20,000 nucleotides of DNA. It comes from a bacterium. Lineage in GTDB: Bacteria > JADJOY01. Below are positions 5,289 to 16,151 of this stretch, in pieces; within the stretch, counting starts at the first letter, position 1; every line of letters begins with the position of its first letter. Location: assembly GCA_046331705.1 (NCBI GenBank), contig JAXLQJ010000010.1, positions 180,005 to 200,004 of the forward strand, in the 5' to 3' direction. Under the pieces are notes generated by a model. It was not told the DNA's origin. It did no database searches and saw nothing but the letters and a program-made list of their open reading frames with translations. The translations under genes were made by a program, and so were the position numbers.

Positions 5289-6095
5289 ATGCGACGCGCC
5301 CTTCGTGAGCATTGGCCCGAGTACCTGATGGAGGCGGCGCTCCTCGGGATCTTCATGGTCCTCGCCACGGCGTACACCGTCGCCCTCGAGTACCCGGGCT
5401 CGCCGCTGCGCGCGGCGATCACGAGCGCCGCCGCGCGGCGCGCCCTCATGGGCGTGCTGATCGGCTGCACGGCGTACGCGCTGATCGTCTCGCCGTGGGG
5501 ACGGCAGAGCGGCGCGCACTTCAATCCCGCGACCACGCTCACGTTCCTGCGTCTCGGCAAGATCGGCGGCTGGGACGCGCTCTTCTACGTGGTCGCCCAG
5601 TTCGTGGGTGCGGTCCTCGGGACGGTGCTGATCCGCGCGCTGGTCGGCGCGCCGGTCGCTCATCCCACGGTGGCCTACATCGTGACGACACCGGGCGCGA
5701 GCGGCGTCGCCGCGGCGTTCGCCGGCGAGCTCGCCATCGCCTTCGGGCTGATGACGGTGGTGCTCACGGTCTCGAACCATCCCACGCTGCACACCCGGAC
5801 ACCGCTCTTCGTGGGAATCCTGGTCGGCACGTACATCCTCGTCGAGGCGCCGCTCTCGGGCATGAGCCTGAATCCCGCGCGCTCGTTCGCGCCGGCGCTG
5901 GTCGCCGATTGGTGGCCGTCGCTCTGGATCTACTTCACGGCGCCGCCGCTCGGGATGCTGCTCGCCGCGCAGTCGTACCTGGCGCTCGCGGGGGCCGAGA
6001 AGGTCCACTGCGCCAAGATCCATCACGTGGGCGACGCGCGTTGCGTCGTCTTCCACTGTCGCTTCGGCGATCTCGTCGCGACGAGCGCTCGCTGA
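5289..6095 (+). CDS. MIP/aquaporin family channel with Cys/His-rich C-terminal tail
   Basis: Two NPA boxes (SGAHFNPATT, SGMSLNPARSF) and multiple hydrophobic helices. Confidence 0.93.
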   Translation: MRRALREHWPEYLMEAALLGIFMVLATAYTVALEYPGSPLRAAITSAAARRALMGVLIGCTAYALIVSPWGRQSGAHFNPATTLTFLRLGKIGGWDALFYVVAQFVGAVLGTVLIRALVGAPVAHPTVAYIVTTPGASGVAAAFAGELAIAFGLMTVVLTVSNHPTLHTRTPLFVGILVGTYILVEAPLSGMSLNPARSFAPALVADWWPSLWIYFTAPPLGMLLAAQSYLALAGAEKVHCAKIHHVGDARCVVFHCRFGDLVATSAR

Positions 6096-6108
6096 CGGAG
6101 GCTTTGCC

Positions 6109-7653
6109 ATGTCCGCGAATCACTACGACGTCATCATCATCGGCTCGGGCGCGGGCGGAGGCACGCTCGCCTGGAAGCTCGCGCCGAGCGGCAAGCGCGT
6201 TCTCATCCTCGAGCGCGGGAGCTACGTGCCGCGGGAGCGCGACAACTGGGACTCGAAGAAGGTCATCCTGGAGGCGAAGTACCACGTCACCGAAGAGTGG
6301 TTCGACGCGAACGGGCATGGGTTCCATCCCGGCGCTCACTACAACGTGGGCGGCAACACGAAGTTCTACGGCGCGGCGCTGCTGCGCATGCGCGAGCGCG
6401 ACTTCGGCGAGCTGGCGCACGCCGACGGCATCTCGCCCGCATGGCCGATCTCGTACGACGAGCTCGAGCCTTATTACACCCAGGCCGAGCACCTCTACTT
6501 CGTGCACGGCGAGCGGGGTGTCGATCCCACCGATCCCCGCGCCAGCGCCGACTACAAGTACCCCGCGATGAGCCACGAGCCGCGGATCCAGGAGCTCTCG
6601 GACGATCTCGGAAGGCTCGGTCTCGCGCCGTTCCACGTGCCCGTGGGCGTGATGATCGACGAACGCAACCCACACGCGAGCCCGTGCATCCGGTGCAGCA
6701 CCTGCGACGGATTTCCGTGCCTGGTGAACGCCAAGGCGGATGCGCAAGTGGTGTGCGTGGATCCGGCGCTGCGGCATCCCAACGTGTCGCTGCTCACGGG
6801 CGCGATGGTCACCAAGCTCGAGACCAGCGCCTCCGGTCGCGAGGTTTCGAAGGTACACGTGAAGCGAAACGGCGCCCTCGAGACCTACAGCGCCGGCCTC
6901 GTGGTGGTCTCGGCGGGGGCCATCAACTCGGCGGCGCTGTTGCTGCGCTCGGCCAACGACAGGCACCCGAACGGCCTGGCGAATGGCTCGGACCAGGTCG
7001 GGCGGAACTACATGGCGCACGTCAACTCGATGATGCTCGCGATCTCCAAGCGCCCGAACCCCACGGTCTTCCAGAAGACGCTGGCCATCAACGATTTCTA
7101 TTTCGGCACCGACGACTACGCGCACCCGATGGGGCACATCTCGTTCGTCGGCAAGAGCGACGAGTACATGCTCGCCGCGGGCGCGCCCAAGATCGTGCCG
7201 GGGCTCACGCTCGACGTGATGGCCAAGCACTCGCTCGATTTCTGGATGACCACCGAGGATCTGCCGGATCCCGAGAACCGCGTGACGCTCACCGACGACG
7301 GCGCGATCCAGCTGCGCTATCGCGTCAACAACCTCACGTCGCACGGCATGCTGCAGAAGAAGCTCAAGTCGATGCTGGAGCACATCGGCTGCGAGGACCA
7401 CCTGCTGCCGCACAACTTCTACGTGGGCAAACGGATCCCGCTCGCGGGCGTCGCGCACCAGAACGGAACGGTGCGCTTCGGCTCGGACCCGCGAACGTCC
7501 GTCCTGGATCCCACGTGCAAGGCGCACGAGGTCGAGAACCTCTACGTGGTGGACGGCAGCTTCTTCCCCTCGAGCTCGGCCGTGAACCCGGCGCTCACGA
7601 TCATCGCCAACGCGTTGCGGGTGGGCGATCACCTCGCGACCCGGTTGGGCTGA
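6109..7653 (+). CDS. GMC-family FAD-dependent oxidoreductase
   Basis: DVIIIGSGAGGG FAD-binding motif, VGGNTKFYGA, CIRCSTCDGFPC, AHQNGTVRFG, ENLYVVDGSFFPSSSAVNPALTIIANALRV. Confidence 0.93.
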   Translation: MSANHYDVIIIGSGAGGGTLAWKLAPSGKRVLILERGSYVPRERDNWDSKKVILEAKYHVTEEWFDANGHGFHPGAHYNVGGNTKFYGAALLRMRERDFGELAHADGISPAWPISYDELEPYYTQAEHLYFVHGERGVDPTDPRASADYKYPAMSHEPRIQELSDDLGRLGLAPFHVPVGVMIDERNPHASPCIRCSTCDGFPCLVNAKADAQVVCVDPALRHPNVSLLTGAMVTKLETSASGREVSKVHVKRNGALETYSAGLVVVSAGAINSAALLLRSANDRHPNGLANGSDQVGRNYMAHVNSMMLAISKRPNPTVFQKTLAINDFYFGTDDYAHPMGHISFVGKSDEYMLAAGAPKIVPGLTLDVMAKHSLDFWMTTEDLPDPENRVTLTDDGAIQLRYRVNNLTSHGMLQKKLKSMLEHIGCEDHLLPHNFYVGKRIPLAGVAHQNGTVRFGSDPRTSVLDPTCKAHEVENLYVVDGSFFPSSSAVNPALTIIANALRVGDHLATRLG

Positions 7654-7666
7654 GACGGGGGCGATC

Positions 7667-8797
7667 ATGGCGAGCCATACGTTCCGTCGCGCCGCGCTGG
7701 CCGCGCTCTTCGCGATCGTCGCGAGCTGCTCGGCGCAGATCTCGGTCGATCACGCTCCCTCGCTGGGCCGGCCCGCGAGCGCAGATCCGGGTGCGCCGGT
7801 CGGCTCGATGGGCGCCGCTGCGACGGCGGCGCCGATGGTCGTGGAGGTCGGGCCGATCGGGTTCACGGTCTCCGACATGGATCGCTCCGTGGACTTCTTC
7901 ACGAAGGTGCTCACGTTCGAGAAGGAGTCGGACGTCGAGGTCGCGGGAGAGGCCTTCGAGCACCTGGAAGGCGTCTTCGGCGCGCGGGCGCGGGTGGTGC
8001 GGATGCGGCTCGGCGCGGAGCGCATCGAGCTGACCCAGTACCGGGCGCCGCGCGGACGGCCGATTCCCGTCGACGCACGCAGCAACGATCGCTGGTTCCA
8101 GCACGTCGCGATCATCGTCCGCGACATGGATGAGGCGTACGCGCGGCTCCGGGACCACGGCGTGGTGTACGCCTCGACGGGTCCGCAGCGCCTCCCGGAC
8201 TGGAACCCGAACGCCGGCGGAATTCAGGCGTTCTATTTTCACGACCCGGACGGACACGTGCTCGAGATCCTCGCGTTCCCCCCGGGCAAGGGGAACCCGA
8301 GGTGGCAGCAGCCCACCGATCGCTTGTTCCTGGGCATCGATCACACGGCGATCGTGATCGACAGCACCGCCGAGAGCCTGCGCTTCTATCGCGATCGACT
8401 CGGGCTCGCCGTGGCGGGCGCGAGCGAGAACTACGGCGTCGAGCAAGAGCACTTGAACGCGGTCTTCGGCGCGCGACTACGGATCACCTCGCTCCACGCC
8501 GAGCGCGGACCCTCGATCGAGCTCCTGGAATACCTCGCGCCCAGCGACGGGCGGCCCTATCCGCTCGACGCGAAGGCGAACGACCTCGTCCACTGGCAGA
8601 CGCGCGTGATGGTGCGCGAACCGGAGAGCGCGGAACGCACGCTGCTCGACGCCGACGTGCCGTTCGTGTCACCCGGGCTGGTTCGCCTCGACGGCGCACC
8701 GCTGGGCTTCCGATCGGGAATGCTGCTCAGAGACCCCGACGGCCACGCGCTCGAGTTGGTGGCCGAACCCGCACCGCACGTCGCCGCAACGCGGTGA
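7667..8797 (+). CDS. VOC/glyoxalase-fold protein, probable lipoprotein
   Basis: Signal peptide with lipobox IVASC. Repeated VOC motifs [21 protein letters not shown] and [12 protein letters not shown]. Confidence 0.85.
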   Translation: MASHTFRRAALAALFAIVASCSAQISVDHAPSLGRPASADPGAPVGSMGAAATAAPMVVEVGPIGFTVSDMDRSVDFFTKVLTFEKESDVEVAGEAFEHLEGVFGARARVVRMRLGAERIELTQYRAPRGRPIPVDARSNDRWFQHVAIIVRDMDEAYARLRDHGVVYASTGPQRLPDWNPNAGGIQAFYFHDPDGHVLEILAFPPGKGNPRWQQPTDRLFLGIDHTAIVIDSTAESLRFYRDRLGLAVAGASENYGVEQEHLNAVFGARLRITSLHAERGPSIELLEYLAPSDGRPYPLDAKANDLVHWQTRVMVREPESAERTLLDADVPFVSPGLVRLDGAPLGFRSGMLLRDPDGHALELVAEPAPHVAATR

Positions 8798-8813
8798 CCC
8801 GAAAGAGCGAGCC

Positions 8814-11582
8814 ATGGCCACACGAAAGCCCATTCCTCTCGACTCGATGCGAGCTTCCTCGACCACCGCGCTGGCGAGCCGGGAGCGCGAGCGGCTCGCC
8901 GAGGATGCCGAGCGTGACCGCAACTGGAAGCGCTGGGGACCCTATCTCTCCGAGCGCCAATGGGGCACGGTCCGCGAGGACTACTCCGCGTATGGCTCGT
9001 GCTGGGACTACTTCCCGCACGACCACGCCCGCAGCCGGGTCTACCGGTGGGGCGAGGACGGTCTGCTCGGCATCACCGACCGCCAGTGCCGCTTGTGCTT
9101 CGCGGTGGCGCTGTGGAACGGCCAGGACCCGATCCTGAAAGAGCGTCTGTTCGGGCTCACGGGTCCCGAGGGCAATCACGGCGAGGACGTGAAGGAGCTC
9201 TACTACTACCTCGACTCCACACCCACGCACTCGTACATGCGGGCGCTCTACAAGTATCCGCAGGCGGAGTTCCCGTACGCGCGCCTGGTCGAGGAGAATC
9301 GCAAGCGCGGCAAGTTCGAGCCCGAGTACGAGCTCGTCGACACCGGCGTGTTCGACGCGGGCCGCTACTTCGACGTCGAGGTGGAGTACGGCAAGGCCGC
9401 GCCCAACGATCTCGCGATCCGGATCACGGTGACCAACCGCGGACCGGAGCGCGCGAGCCTGGTGCTGTTGCCGACGCTCTGGTACCGCAACACCTGGTCG
9501 TGGGGCTCGATGCACGAGGGCTATTGGGGCAAGCCGCGGATGCTGGTGGACGCCGACGGCAGCGTGATCGGCGAGCACGCGAGCCTCGGCCGCTATCGTT
9601 TCGTTCCCGGCGCCAGTCCCACCGGCGGCGCGCCCGAGCTGGTGTTCACCGAGAACGAGACCAACGGCGCCCGGCTCTTCGGCGTGCCGAACGCCGCGCC
9701 GTTCGTGAAGGATGCTTTTCACGAGTACGTGGTCCACGGCCGCGGCGACGCCGTGAATCCCGCGCGTGTCGGCACCAAGATGGCGGCGATCTACCGGCTG
9801 GAGGTGGCCGCGGGCGCGAGCGTCGCCGTCACCGCGCGGCTCTTCCCGGACGATCCGGCGCACCTGCATCCCTCGGCGGAATCGCCAGGCACGATCGTGG
9901 ACGGCGCCCGCCACGAGGCCGATGCGTTCTACGCGACGCACCTCCCCGCGCACCTCACCAGCGACGAGCGGCTCGTGGTCCGCCAAGGCTACGCCGGGAT
10001 GCTGTGGTCGAAGCAGTTCTACCACTACGTCGTGCGCGACTGGCTCGATGGCGATCCCGCCCAGCCGGCGCCGCCCGCCGAGCGCAAGACGGGTCGCAAC
10101 CACGATTGGCCGCACGTCTACAACCGCGACGTGATCTCCATGCCGGACAAGTGGGAGTATCCGTGGTTCGCGGCCTGGGACCTCGCGTTCCACATGCTGC
10201 CGTTCGCGCGCGTCGATCCGTGGTTCGCCAAGGAGCAGCTCGTGCTGCTCTTGCGCGAGTGGTACATGCACCCGAACGGCCAGATTCCGGCCTACGAGTT
10301 CGCGTTCTCGGACGTGAACCCGCCGGTGCATGCCTGGGCGTGCTGGCGCGTCTACAAGATGACCGCGAGCCGCGGGAACCGCGATCGCCTCTTCCTGTCG
10401 CGCGTCTTCCAGAAGCTCCTCATGAACTTCACCTGGTGGGTGAACCGCAAGGATCTGGAGGGCAACCACCTCTTCACCGGCGGCTTCCTGGGCCTCGACA
10501 ACATCGGTGTGTTCGATCGCTCGAAGGCGCTGCCCACCGGCGGCTTCCTGGAGCAGGCTGACGGGACCGCGTGGATGGCGTTCTATTCCGCGACCATGCT
10601 CTCGATCGCGCTCGAGCTGGCGAAGGACAACCCCGCCACCGAGGACGTGGCGAGCAAGTTCTTCGAGCATTTCGTCGCGATCGTGGACGCGATGAATCGT
10701 CTCGGCGGCACGGGGCTGTGGGACGAGGAAGACGGCTTCTACTACGACCAGCTCCACCTCGATGGGCGGCACACGCCGCTCAAGGTCCGCTCGCTGGTGG
10801 GGCTCATCCCGCTCATCGCGGTGGAGGTCCTGGAAGGCGAGACGCTCGAACGCCTCCCGGGGTTCTCGAAGCGCCTCGATTGGTTCCTGACGAACCGCGA
10901 CGACCTTCGTCAGACGATCTCGTACCTGGAGACGCGCGACGACGGCGAGCACCGGCACCGGCTGCTGGCGGTGCCGAGCCGCGAGCGGCTGGTGCGGGTG
11001 CTGCGCTACATGCTCGACGAGAACGAGTTCCTGTCGCCCTACGGCATCCGCTCGATCTCGCGCGTACACCACGATCACCCGTACGTCTTCCGGGTGAACG
11101 GCGACGACCATCGCGTTGCCTACGACCCCGGCGAGTCGACGAGCGGCCTCTTCGGCGGCAACTCGAACTGGCGCGGTCCCATCTGGTTCCCGGTCAACTA
11201 CCTCCTCGTCGAGGCGCTCGAGCGCTACCACCACTTCTACGGCGACTCGCTCGAGGTCGAGTGTCCCACCGGCTCCGGCCGCTTCCTGAACCTGGGCGAG
11301 GTGGCCCGAGAGATCGCGCGTCGCCTGAGCCGCATCTTCCTCCCCGACGAGCACGGCCGTCGTCCCTGCCACGGCGACGACGACCGCTACGCCGTCGATC
11401 CCGCGTTTCGCGATCTGACGCTCTTCTACGAGTACTTCCACGGCGACACCGGACGCGGTGTCGGCGCCAGCCACCAGACGGGTTGGACCGGCCTGGTGGT
11501 GCGCTTGCTGGAGAAGCACGCGCGCGCCGCCGAGCCCGCGCGCGACCACGATCACGCGGCGCCTTCGCCGGCGCACGGCTGA
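8814..11582 (+). CDS. MGH1-like / GH63-like glycoside hydrolase (922 aa)
   Basis: [63 protein letters not shown]. Confidence 0.92.
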   Translation: MATRKPIPLDSMRASSTTALASRERERLAEDAERDRNWKRWGPYLSERQWGTVREDYSAYGSCWDYFPHDHARSRVYRWGEDGLLGITDRQCRLCFAVALWNGQDPILKERLFGLTGPEGNHGEDVKELYYYLDSTPTHSYMRALYKYPQAEFPYARLVEENRKRGKFEPEYELVDTGVFDAGRYFDVEVEYGKAAPNDLAIRITVTNRGPERASLVLLPTLWYRNTWSWGSMHEGYWGKPRMLVDADGSVIGEHASLGRYRFVPGASPTGGAPELVFTENETNGARLFGVPNAAPFVKDAFHEYVVHGRGDAVNPARVGTKMAAIYRLEVAAGASVAVTARLFPDDPAHLHPSAESPGTIVDGARHEADAFYATHLPAHLTSDERLVVRQGYAGMLWSKQFYHYVVRDWLDGDPAQPAPPAERKTGRNHDWPHVYNRDVISMPDKWEYPWFAAWDLAFHMLPFARVDPWFAKEQLVLLLREWYMHPNGQIPAYEFAFSDVNPPVHAWACWRVYKMTASRGNRDRLFLSRVFQKLLMNFTWWVNRKDLEGNHLFTGGFLGLDNIGVFDRSKALPTGGFLEQADGTAWMAFYSATMLSIALELAKDNPATEDVASKFFEHFVAIVDAMNRLGGTGLWDEEDGFYYDQLHLDGRHTPLKVRSLVGLIPLIAVEVLEGETLERLPGFSKRLDWFLTNRDDLRQTISYLETRDDGEHRHRLLAVPSRERLVRVLRYMLDENEFLSPYGIRSISRVHHDHPYVFRVNGDDHRVAYDPGESTSGLFGGNSNWRGPIWFPVNYLLVEALERYHHFYGDSLEVECPTGSGRFLNLGEVAREIARRLSRIFLPDEHGRRPCHGDDDRYAVDPAFRDLTLFYEYFHGDTGRGVGASHQTGWTGLVVRLLEKHARAAEPARDHDHAAPSPAHG

Positions 11583-11587
11583 CGGCC

Positions 11588-13540
11588 ATGAGCTCGTTCG
11601 ACGCGGACGCGGAATGGCTCGAAGCCGACGGGCTCGGCGGATTCGCCTCGGGCACGGTGGGCGGAGCGCGCACCCGCCGCTATCACGCGCTGCTGCTCGT
11701 GGCGTCCCAGCCGCCTGCGGGGCGCTTCGTGCTGGTGAACGGCTTCGATGCTTGGGTGGATTCGCCGGGTGCGGGCGAGCACGCTGGCTTCGAGGCGGTG
11801 CCGATCTCCACCCAGCGCTACGCGCCGGACGTGATCCATCCCCGCGGCATCGAGCGGCTTGCGAGCTTCGAGGCCGAGCCCTGGCCGCGCTGGACGTTCC
11901 GCCTGCCGGATGGCTCGTGGCTCGTCCAGGAGATCCTCGTCCTCAACGGGACGCCGACGACCTGCGTCTCCTGGCGCCACGAGAGCTCCCGCGGCAAGGT
12001 CCACCTGAGCGTGCGGCCGTTCCTGTCGGGGCGCGATCCGCACGCGTTGCACCGCGAGAACGGCGGCTTCGACTTCACGCCGCACGCCGAGCTGGGCTGG
12101 ATCCGGTGGCAGCCCTATCGTGACGTGCCCGCGGTGGTGAGCGGATCGAACGGGACGTTCCGAGCCGAAGCGCTCTGGTATCGGAGCTTCCTCTACTCCG
12201 AAGAGCGCGCACGCGGGCTCGACGACGTCGAGGATCTGGCCTCGCCGGGCGTCCTCGAGTTCGCGCTCGACGGCGGCGAGGCGCTGTGGGTGTTGAGCGC
12301 CGACGGCATCGATGCCGCGCCAGGCGCGCCGCGCGGCGCCGTCGAGGACTTCGTTCGCTCCGCCCGCTCGGCCGAGGTCGCGCGGCGCGCGGCGATGTCG
12401 TCGCGGCTCGAGCGCGCGGCGGCGGCGTATCTCGTGAAGCGCGGCGGCGGTTGCACGATCATCGCCGGGTATCCGTGGTTCGGCGACTGGGGACGCGACA
12501 CCTTCATCGCGCTGCGCGGGCTGTGTTTCGCCACGGGCCGCTTCGACGACGCGCGCCGCATCCTCGTCGAGTGGTCCGGCACGGTCTCGCAGGGGATGCT
12601 GCCCAATCGCTTCCCCGATCGCGGTGACGTGCCCGAGTACAACGCCGTCGACGCGTCGCTCTGGTACGTGATCGCCGTGGGCGAGCTTCTCGACGCCGCG
12701 GGCTCGGGGCGCGTGGCACTCACCGAGTCCGACCGCGTGCGGCTCGAAGCCGCGGTGCGCGCGATCCTCGACGGCTACGCGCGCGGCACGCGCTACGGCA
12801 TCCGCCTCGACTCCGACGGCCTGCTCATGAGCGGCGAGCCGGGGGTGCAGCTCACGTGGATGGACGCGAAGGTGGGCGATTGGGTGGTGACGCCGCGCAC
12901 CGGCAAGGCCGTGGACGTGCAGGCGCTCTGGCTCAACGCGCTGGCGGTGGGCGCGCGGCTCGATGCGTCGCTCGGCGCGACGCTCGCGCGCGGCGAAGCG
13001 AGCTTCCGCGAGCGCTTCTGGAACGACGCGCGCGGCGCTCTCTTCGACGTCGTCGACGTCGAGCACCGCCCGCACGAGAACGATGCGGCGTTTCGCCCCA
13101 ACCAGATCTTCGCGGTCGGAGGCTTGCCGCGGGCGATCGTGGAAGGCGAGCCCGCGCGCCGCATCGTCGACGCGGTGGAGGCGCGGCTCTGGACGCCGCT
13201 CGGCCTGCGCTCGCTGGCACCGAGCGAGCCGGGCTACACGCCGCGCTACCAGGGCGGGGTGCGCGAGCGCGATGGCGCCTACCACCAGGGCACGGTGTGG
13301 CCGTGGCTGGTCGGGCCGTTCGTGGAAGCGTGGGTTCGCGTCCGCGGCGCGACGGCGGAGGCCAAGCGCGAGGCGCGTAGCCGCTTCCTCGACCCGCTTC
13401 TCGAGCACCTCGACGAGGCGGGCATCGGGCACCTCTCCGAGATCGCCGACGGCGACGCGCCGCACACTCCGCGCGGCTGCCCGTTTCAAGCCTGGTCGGT
13501 CGGCGAAGCGCTCCGCCTCGATCGAATCGTCCTCGCCTGA
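11588..13540 (+). CDS. Amylo-alpha-1,6-glucosidase / glycogen-debranching (GDE N+C) family protein
   Basis: ATG 11588 just after the upstream stop. EWLEADGLGGFASGT, TRRYHALL, IAGYPWFGDWGRDTFI, LTWMDAK, AYHQGTVWPW, GCPFQAWSVGE. Confidence 0.92.
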   Translation: MSSFDADAEWLEADGLGGFASGTVGGARTRRYHALLLVASQPPAGRFVLVNGFDAWVDSPGAGEHAGFEAVPISTQRYAPDVIHPRGIERLASFEAEPWPRWTFRLPDGSWLVQEILVLNGTPTTCVSWRHESSRGKVHLSVRPFLSGRDPHALHRENGGFDFTPHAELGWIRWQPYRDVPAVVSGSNGTFRAEALWYRSFLYSEERARGLDDVEDLASPGVLEFALDGGEALWVLSADGIDAAPGAPRGAVEDFVRSARSAEVARRAAMSSRLERAAAAYLVKRGGGCTIIAGYPWFGDWGRDTFIALRGLCFATGRFDDARRILVEWSGTVSQGMLPNRFPDRGDVPEYNAVDASLWYVIAVGELLDAAGSGRVALTESDRVRLEAAVRAILDGYARGTRYGIRLDSDGLLMSGEPGVQLTWMDAKVGDWVVTPRTGKAVDVQALWLNALAVGARLDASLGATLARGEASFRERFWNDARGALFDVVDVEHRPHENDAAFRPNQIFAVGGLPRAIVEGEPARRIVDAVEARLWTPLGLRSLAPSEPGYTPRYQGGVRERDGAYHQGTVWPWLVGPFVEAWVRVRGATAEAKREARSRFLDPLLEHLDEAGIGHLSEIADGDAPHTPRGCPFQAWSVGEALRLDRIVLA

Positions 13541-13780
13541 CGTCGCGGAGGGCGTGCCTCCACGAGACGACGGTTGCGCGGATGATCCGCGTGGGGACGG
13601 GAAGGCTCGCGCCTCGTCGACGGCGGCTTGACGATCGTCAACGGAGTGTCGCGGACGCCCGCGACGACTCCTGGATTTCGCGAACGATTCTCGACGATCG
13701 GCCGACATTCGCCCGCGGATTCGCCGGCCAACGTCTTGCATCGTCTGTCTCCGTCGGCTTGCGCACGGAGGTCAGGGACG

Positions 13781-14731
13781 ATGCCACGAGGGATTGCGCG
13801 CGCGCTCTCGCGCACACTGTGGGTGGGTTTCGCGGGTTTGTTGACGATGGGCGCCGAGTGCCCACCGACCACCGAGTCCTGCGATCCCGCGCTCGGTACC
13901 ACGCGCGTGCAGTCGGTGATCGTGCTGGAGCGCGGCACTGGAGTGCCGCTCTCGGCGCAGCTCTACGCGCCCGATCCCAGCGCGTATCCGACCCGCCCGT
14001 ATCCGGTGATCGCGATCCTGCCGGCGGGGCTCTCCGACACGGACTCGGTCGAGTGGGCGGCGGATCGGCTGGCGGGATCGGGCTACGCGGCGATCACCGT
14101 GAAGCCGTCGAATGGCGGCAGCCCCGACTCGTACGACCTGGCGCTCTCGAGCGCGATCGACTTCCTCGCGTCCGCGGACGACCCGCTTCGCGCCGAGCTG
14201 GATCTCGGCCGCATCGGCATCGCCGGCTGGTCGCTGGGAGCTCGCTCGCTCACCAAGACCCAGGATCTCGACTCGCGCGTGAAGGCGATGGTGGCGTGGG
14301 ACAACCTCGCCGTGCGCGAGACCGGCGACGAGGGCTCGCCGACCTGCGCCTACACCGGCACCGAGTACCGCACGCCGCGCGTGCCCGCGCTGGGGCAGGC
14401 CTCCGACGACTGCACGCCCACCGACCCTGACGCGAAGAAGACGGCGTACGATTGGTGGCGCCGCAGCTCGATGCCCAGCATGGAGCTGGTGTTCGAGGCC
14501 TCCACCCACAGCTGGTTCGGCACCGGTTGGACGCCGGACAAGCACGACCTCGTGCACTGGTACACGCACGCGTGGTTCGACCGCTGGCTGCGCGGCGACA
14601 CCACCGCCACGAGCCGCTTGCTCGCGCGCAACGTCTGCGGTCAGGACGTGTCCGCGATGCTCGACGCGGACTTCCGCTCCGCCGCCTATCTGGACGGCCA
14701 CGACTGCGCGGACCTACGCGCCGGCTGCTGA
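13781..14731 (+). CDS. Exported alpha/beta hydrolase (dienelactone hydrolase/cutinase-like), probable lipoprotein
   Basis: GGAGG upstream, signal peptide ending LTMGAEC, nucleophile elbow RIGIAGWSLGA, candidate catalytic His in STHSWF. Confidence 0.8.
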   Translation: MPRGIARALSRTLWVGFAGLLTMGAECPPTTESCDPALGTTRVQSVIVLERGTGVPLSAQLYAPDPSAYPTRPYPVIAILPAGLSDTDSVEWAADRLAGSGYAAITVKPSNGGSPDSYDLALSSAIDFLASADDPLRAELDLGRIGIAGWSLGARSLTKTQDLDSRVKAMVAWDNLAVRETGDEGSPTCAYTGTEYRTPRVPALGQASDDCTPTDPDAKKTAYDWWRRSSMPSMELVFEASTHSWFGTGWTPDKHDLVHWYTHAWFDRWLRGDTTATSRLLARNVCGQDVSAMLDADFRSAAYLDGHDCADLRAGC

Positions 14732-14980
14732 GCCGCTTCAGGCGAAGCCCGTCCCGCACGGCACCGGCCGTAAGCGCCGGGTCGTCGTCGCGGGTTCAGC
14801 GTCGTGAGGCTTCGGTCGGAATCGAGGCCGGTGCGGTCGCGGTCCCGTCGTGGGTGACGGCGCGAGCGCGGGAGGGGGCCTCGATTGCCCCGACGTGCGC
14901 AGCGGCTGCGCGACCACGCGAGCTCACGTGGCGCTGCAGCCGCCGCTGACGTCGGGGCGAACGAGTCGTGCGAGGTGCGC

Positions 14981-15322
14981 TCAGACCATGTCCTTGAGCG
15001 ACTTCATCGGACGCGCGCGAACGCGCTTGCTGGCGGGCTTGGCCGGGAAGAACTTCTCGGTCTTGGTGAACGGATCCATGCGCTTGCCAGCCGCCTTGGC
15101 TGGGATGTTCTTCACCGTGAGCTTCAGGAGCCCCGGCGGAACCACGAACACGCCCGATCCCTTCTTGCCGAGGTTGGCCGAAGCGACGCCCGCGAGTGCT
15201 TCGAAGACACCCGCCACCTGCTTCTTCGCGAGCCCGGTCTTCTCAGCGATCGCCGCGTACACCTCGGACTTGGTGGGCGGCTTCGCCGTGGCGGACTTCT
15301 TCGCTGCCTTCTTGGTCGCCAT
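14981..15322 (-). CDS. HU/IHF-family histone-like DNA-binding protein with Lys/Ala-rich N-terminus (113 aa)
   Basis: RBS AGGAG. MATKKAAKKS...TKSEVYAAIAEKTGLAKKQV...DPFTKTEKFFPAKPASKRVRARPMKSLKDMV. Confidence 0.9.
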   Translation of the reverse strand: MATKKAAKKSATAKPPTKSEVYAAIAEKTGLAKKQVAGVFEALAGVASANLGKKGSGVFVVPPGLLKLTVKNIPAKAAGKRMDPFTKTEKFFPAKPASKRVRARPMKSLKDMV

Positions 15323-15542
15323 TCGTCGTCTCCTCTCTCTTGCCTTTGATCTCGTCTCGACTCGAGCCGCCCCATGCGGCCGAAGGATGAAGTGGAATGC
15401 GGCGAAATTAGGAGGATCGCGTGCGCGCGTCAAGCGGAAATCGGCATCTTTCGCGGGGCTTCGCGAAGATCTGCGTGCGATGCTGGGATACAATCTCGGG
15501 CCCACACGATCGCTACCGAGTCGCGACAGCGAGGAGAGAGTC

Positions 15543-16139
15543 ATGTCCGGCAAGCTCGAGTACTTCTACGACTTCGTCAGTCCTTTCACGTATCTCGCCA
15601 ACGGCCAGCTGCCCGGCATCGTGAGCCGCACCGGCTGCGAGCTGATCGCGCGTCCGTTCTTCCTGGGCGGGGTGATGAAGGCCACCGGCAACGCGCCACC
15701 GGTCCACGTCCCCGCCAAGGGCGCCTACATGTTCGGCGACCTGGGACGCTGGGCGCGCCGCTACGGCGTCACCATCCAGATGCCCGCCGTCTTCCCGTTC
15801 AGCTCGCTCAAGGCGATGCGCGGCGCCATCGTGGCGGAACGGGAGGACCGCGAGCGCGTCTATCGCAACGCGTGCTTCCACGCGATCTGGGCCGAGGGGA
15901 TCGACGTCAGCGGGAACGACGGCCTCGGGCTGGTGGCGGAGCGCGCGGGGCTCGATCCCGCCGCCTTTCTCGCGGCCATCGAGCAACAGGACGTGAAGGA
16001 CGCCCTCGCCGCCAACACCAGCGAGGCGGTCGAGCGAGGTGCCTTCGGCGCGCCCACGTTCTTCGTGAACGGCGCGGAGATGTTCTGGGGCAACGACCGG
16101 CTCGACTTCGTCGAGGAGGCGCTGCGCTCGGCGTCGTGA
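15543..16139 (+). CDS. 2-hydroxychromene-2-carboxylate isomerase / DsbA-like (GST kappa) family protein
   Basis: RBS GAGGAG. LEYFYDFVSPFTYLA, RPFFLGGVMKATGN, AVERGAFGAPTFFV, FWGNDRL. Confidence 0.92.
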   Translation: MSGKLEYFYDFVSPFTYLANGQLPGIVSRTGCELIARPFFLGGVMKATGNAPPVHVPAKGAYMFGDLGRWARRYGVTIQMPAVFPFSSLKAMRGAIVAEREDRERVYRNACFHAIWAEGIDVSGNDGLGLVAERAGLDPAAFLAAIEQQDVKDALAANTSEAVERGAFGAPTFFVNGAEMFWGNDRLDFVEEALRSAS

Positions 16140-16151
16140 CGCCGCGTCCGC

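Noticed and set aside
10571-11587. 989-aa ORF suggesting a long N-terminal extension on the debranching enzyme
   Set aside because: The extension is an Arg/Pro-rich off-frame overlap with the GH63-like gene. Family homology starts at ATG 11588.
5935-13741. Long antisense ORFs (5935-7668, 8727-11576, 11552-13741) and similar ones elsewhere
   Set aside because: Shadow ORFs expected at ~70% GC opposite well-supported genes; no recognisable motifs.
13541-13780. Intergenic gaps 13541-13780 and 14732-14980 as possible ncRNA or repeat elements
   Set aside because: No convincing repeat, tRNA fold or terminator could be supported by eye.
14850-15542. N-terminal extension of the HCCA isomerase ORF (429 aa)
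   Set aside because: It is the antisense of the HU gene. The real start is ATG 15543 with a GAGGAG RBS.
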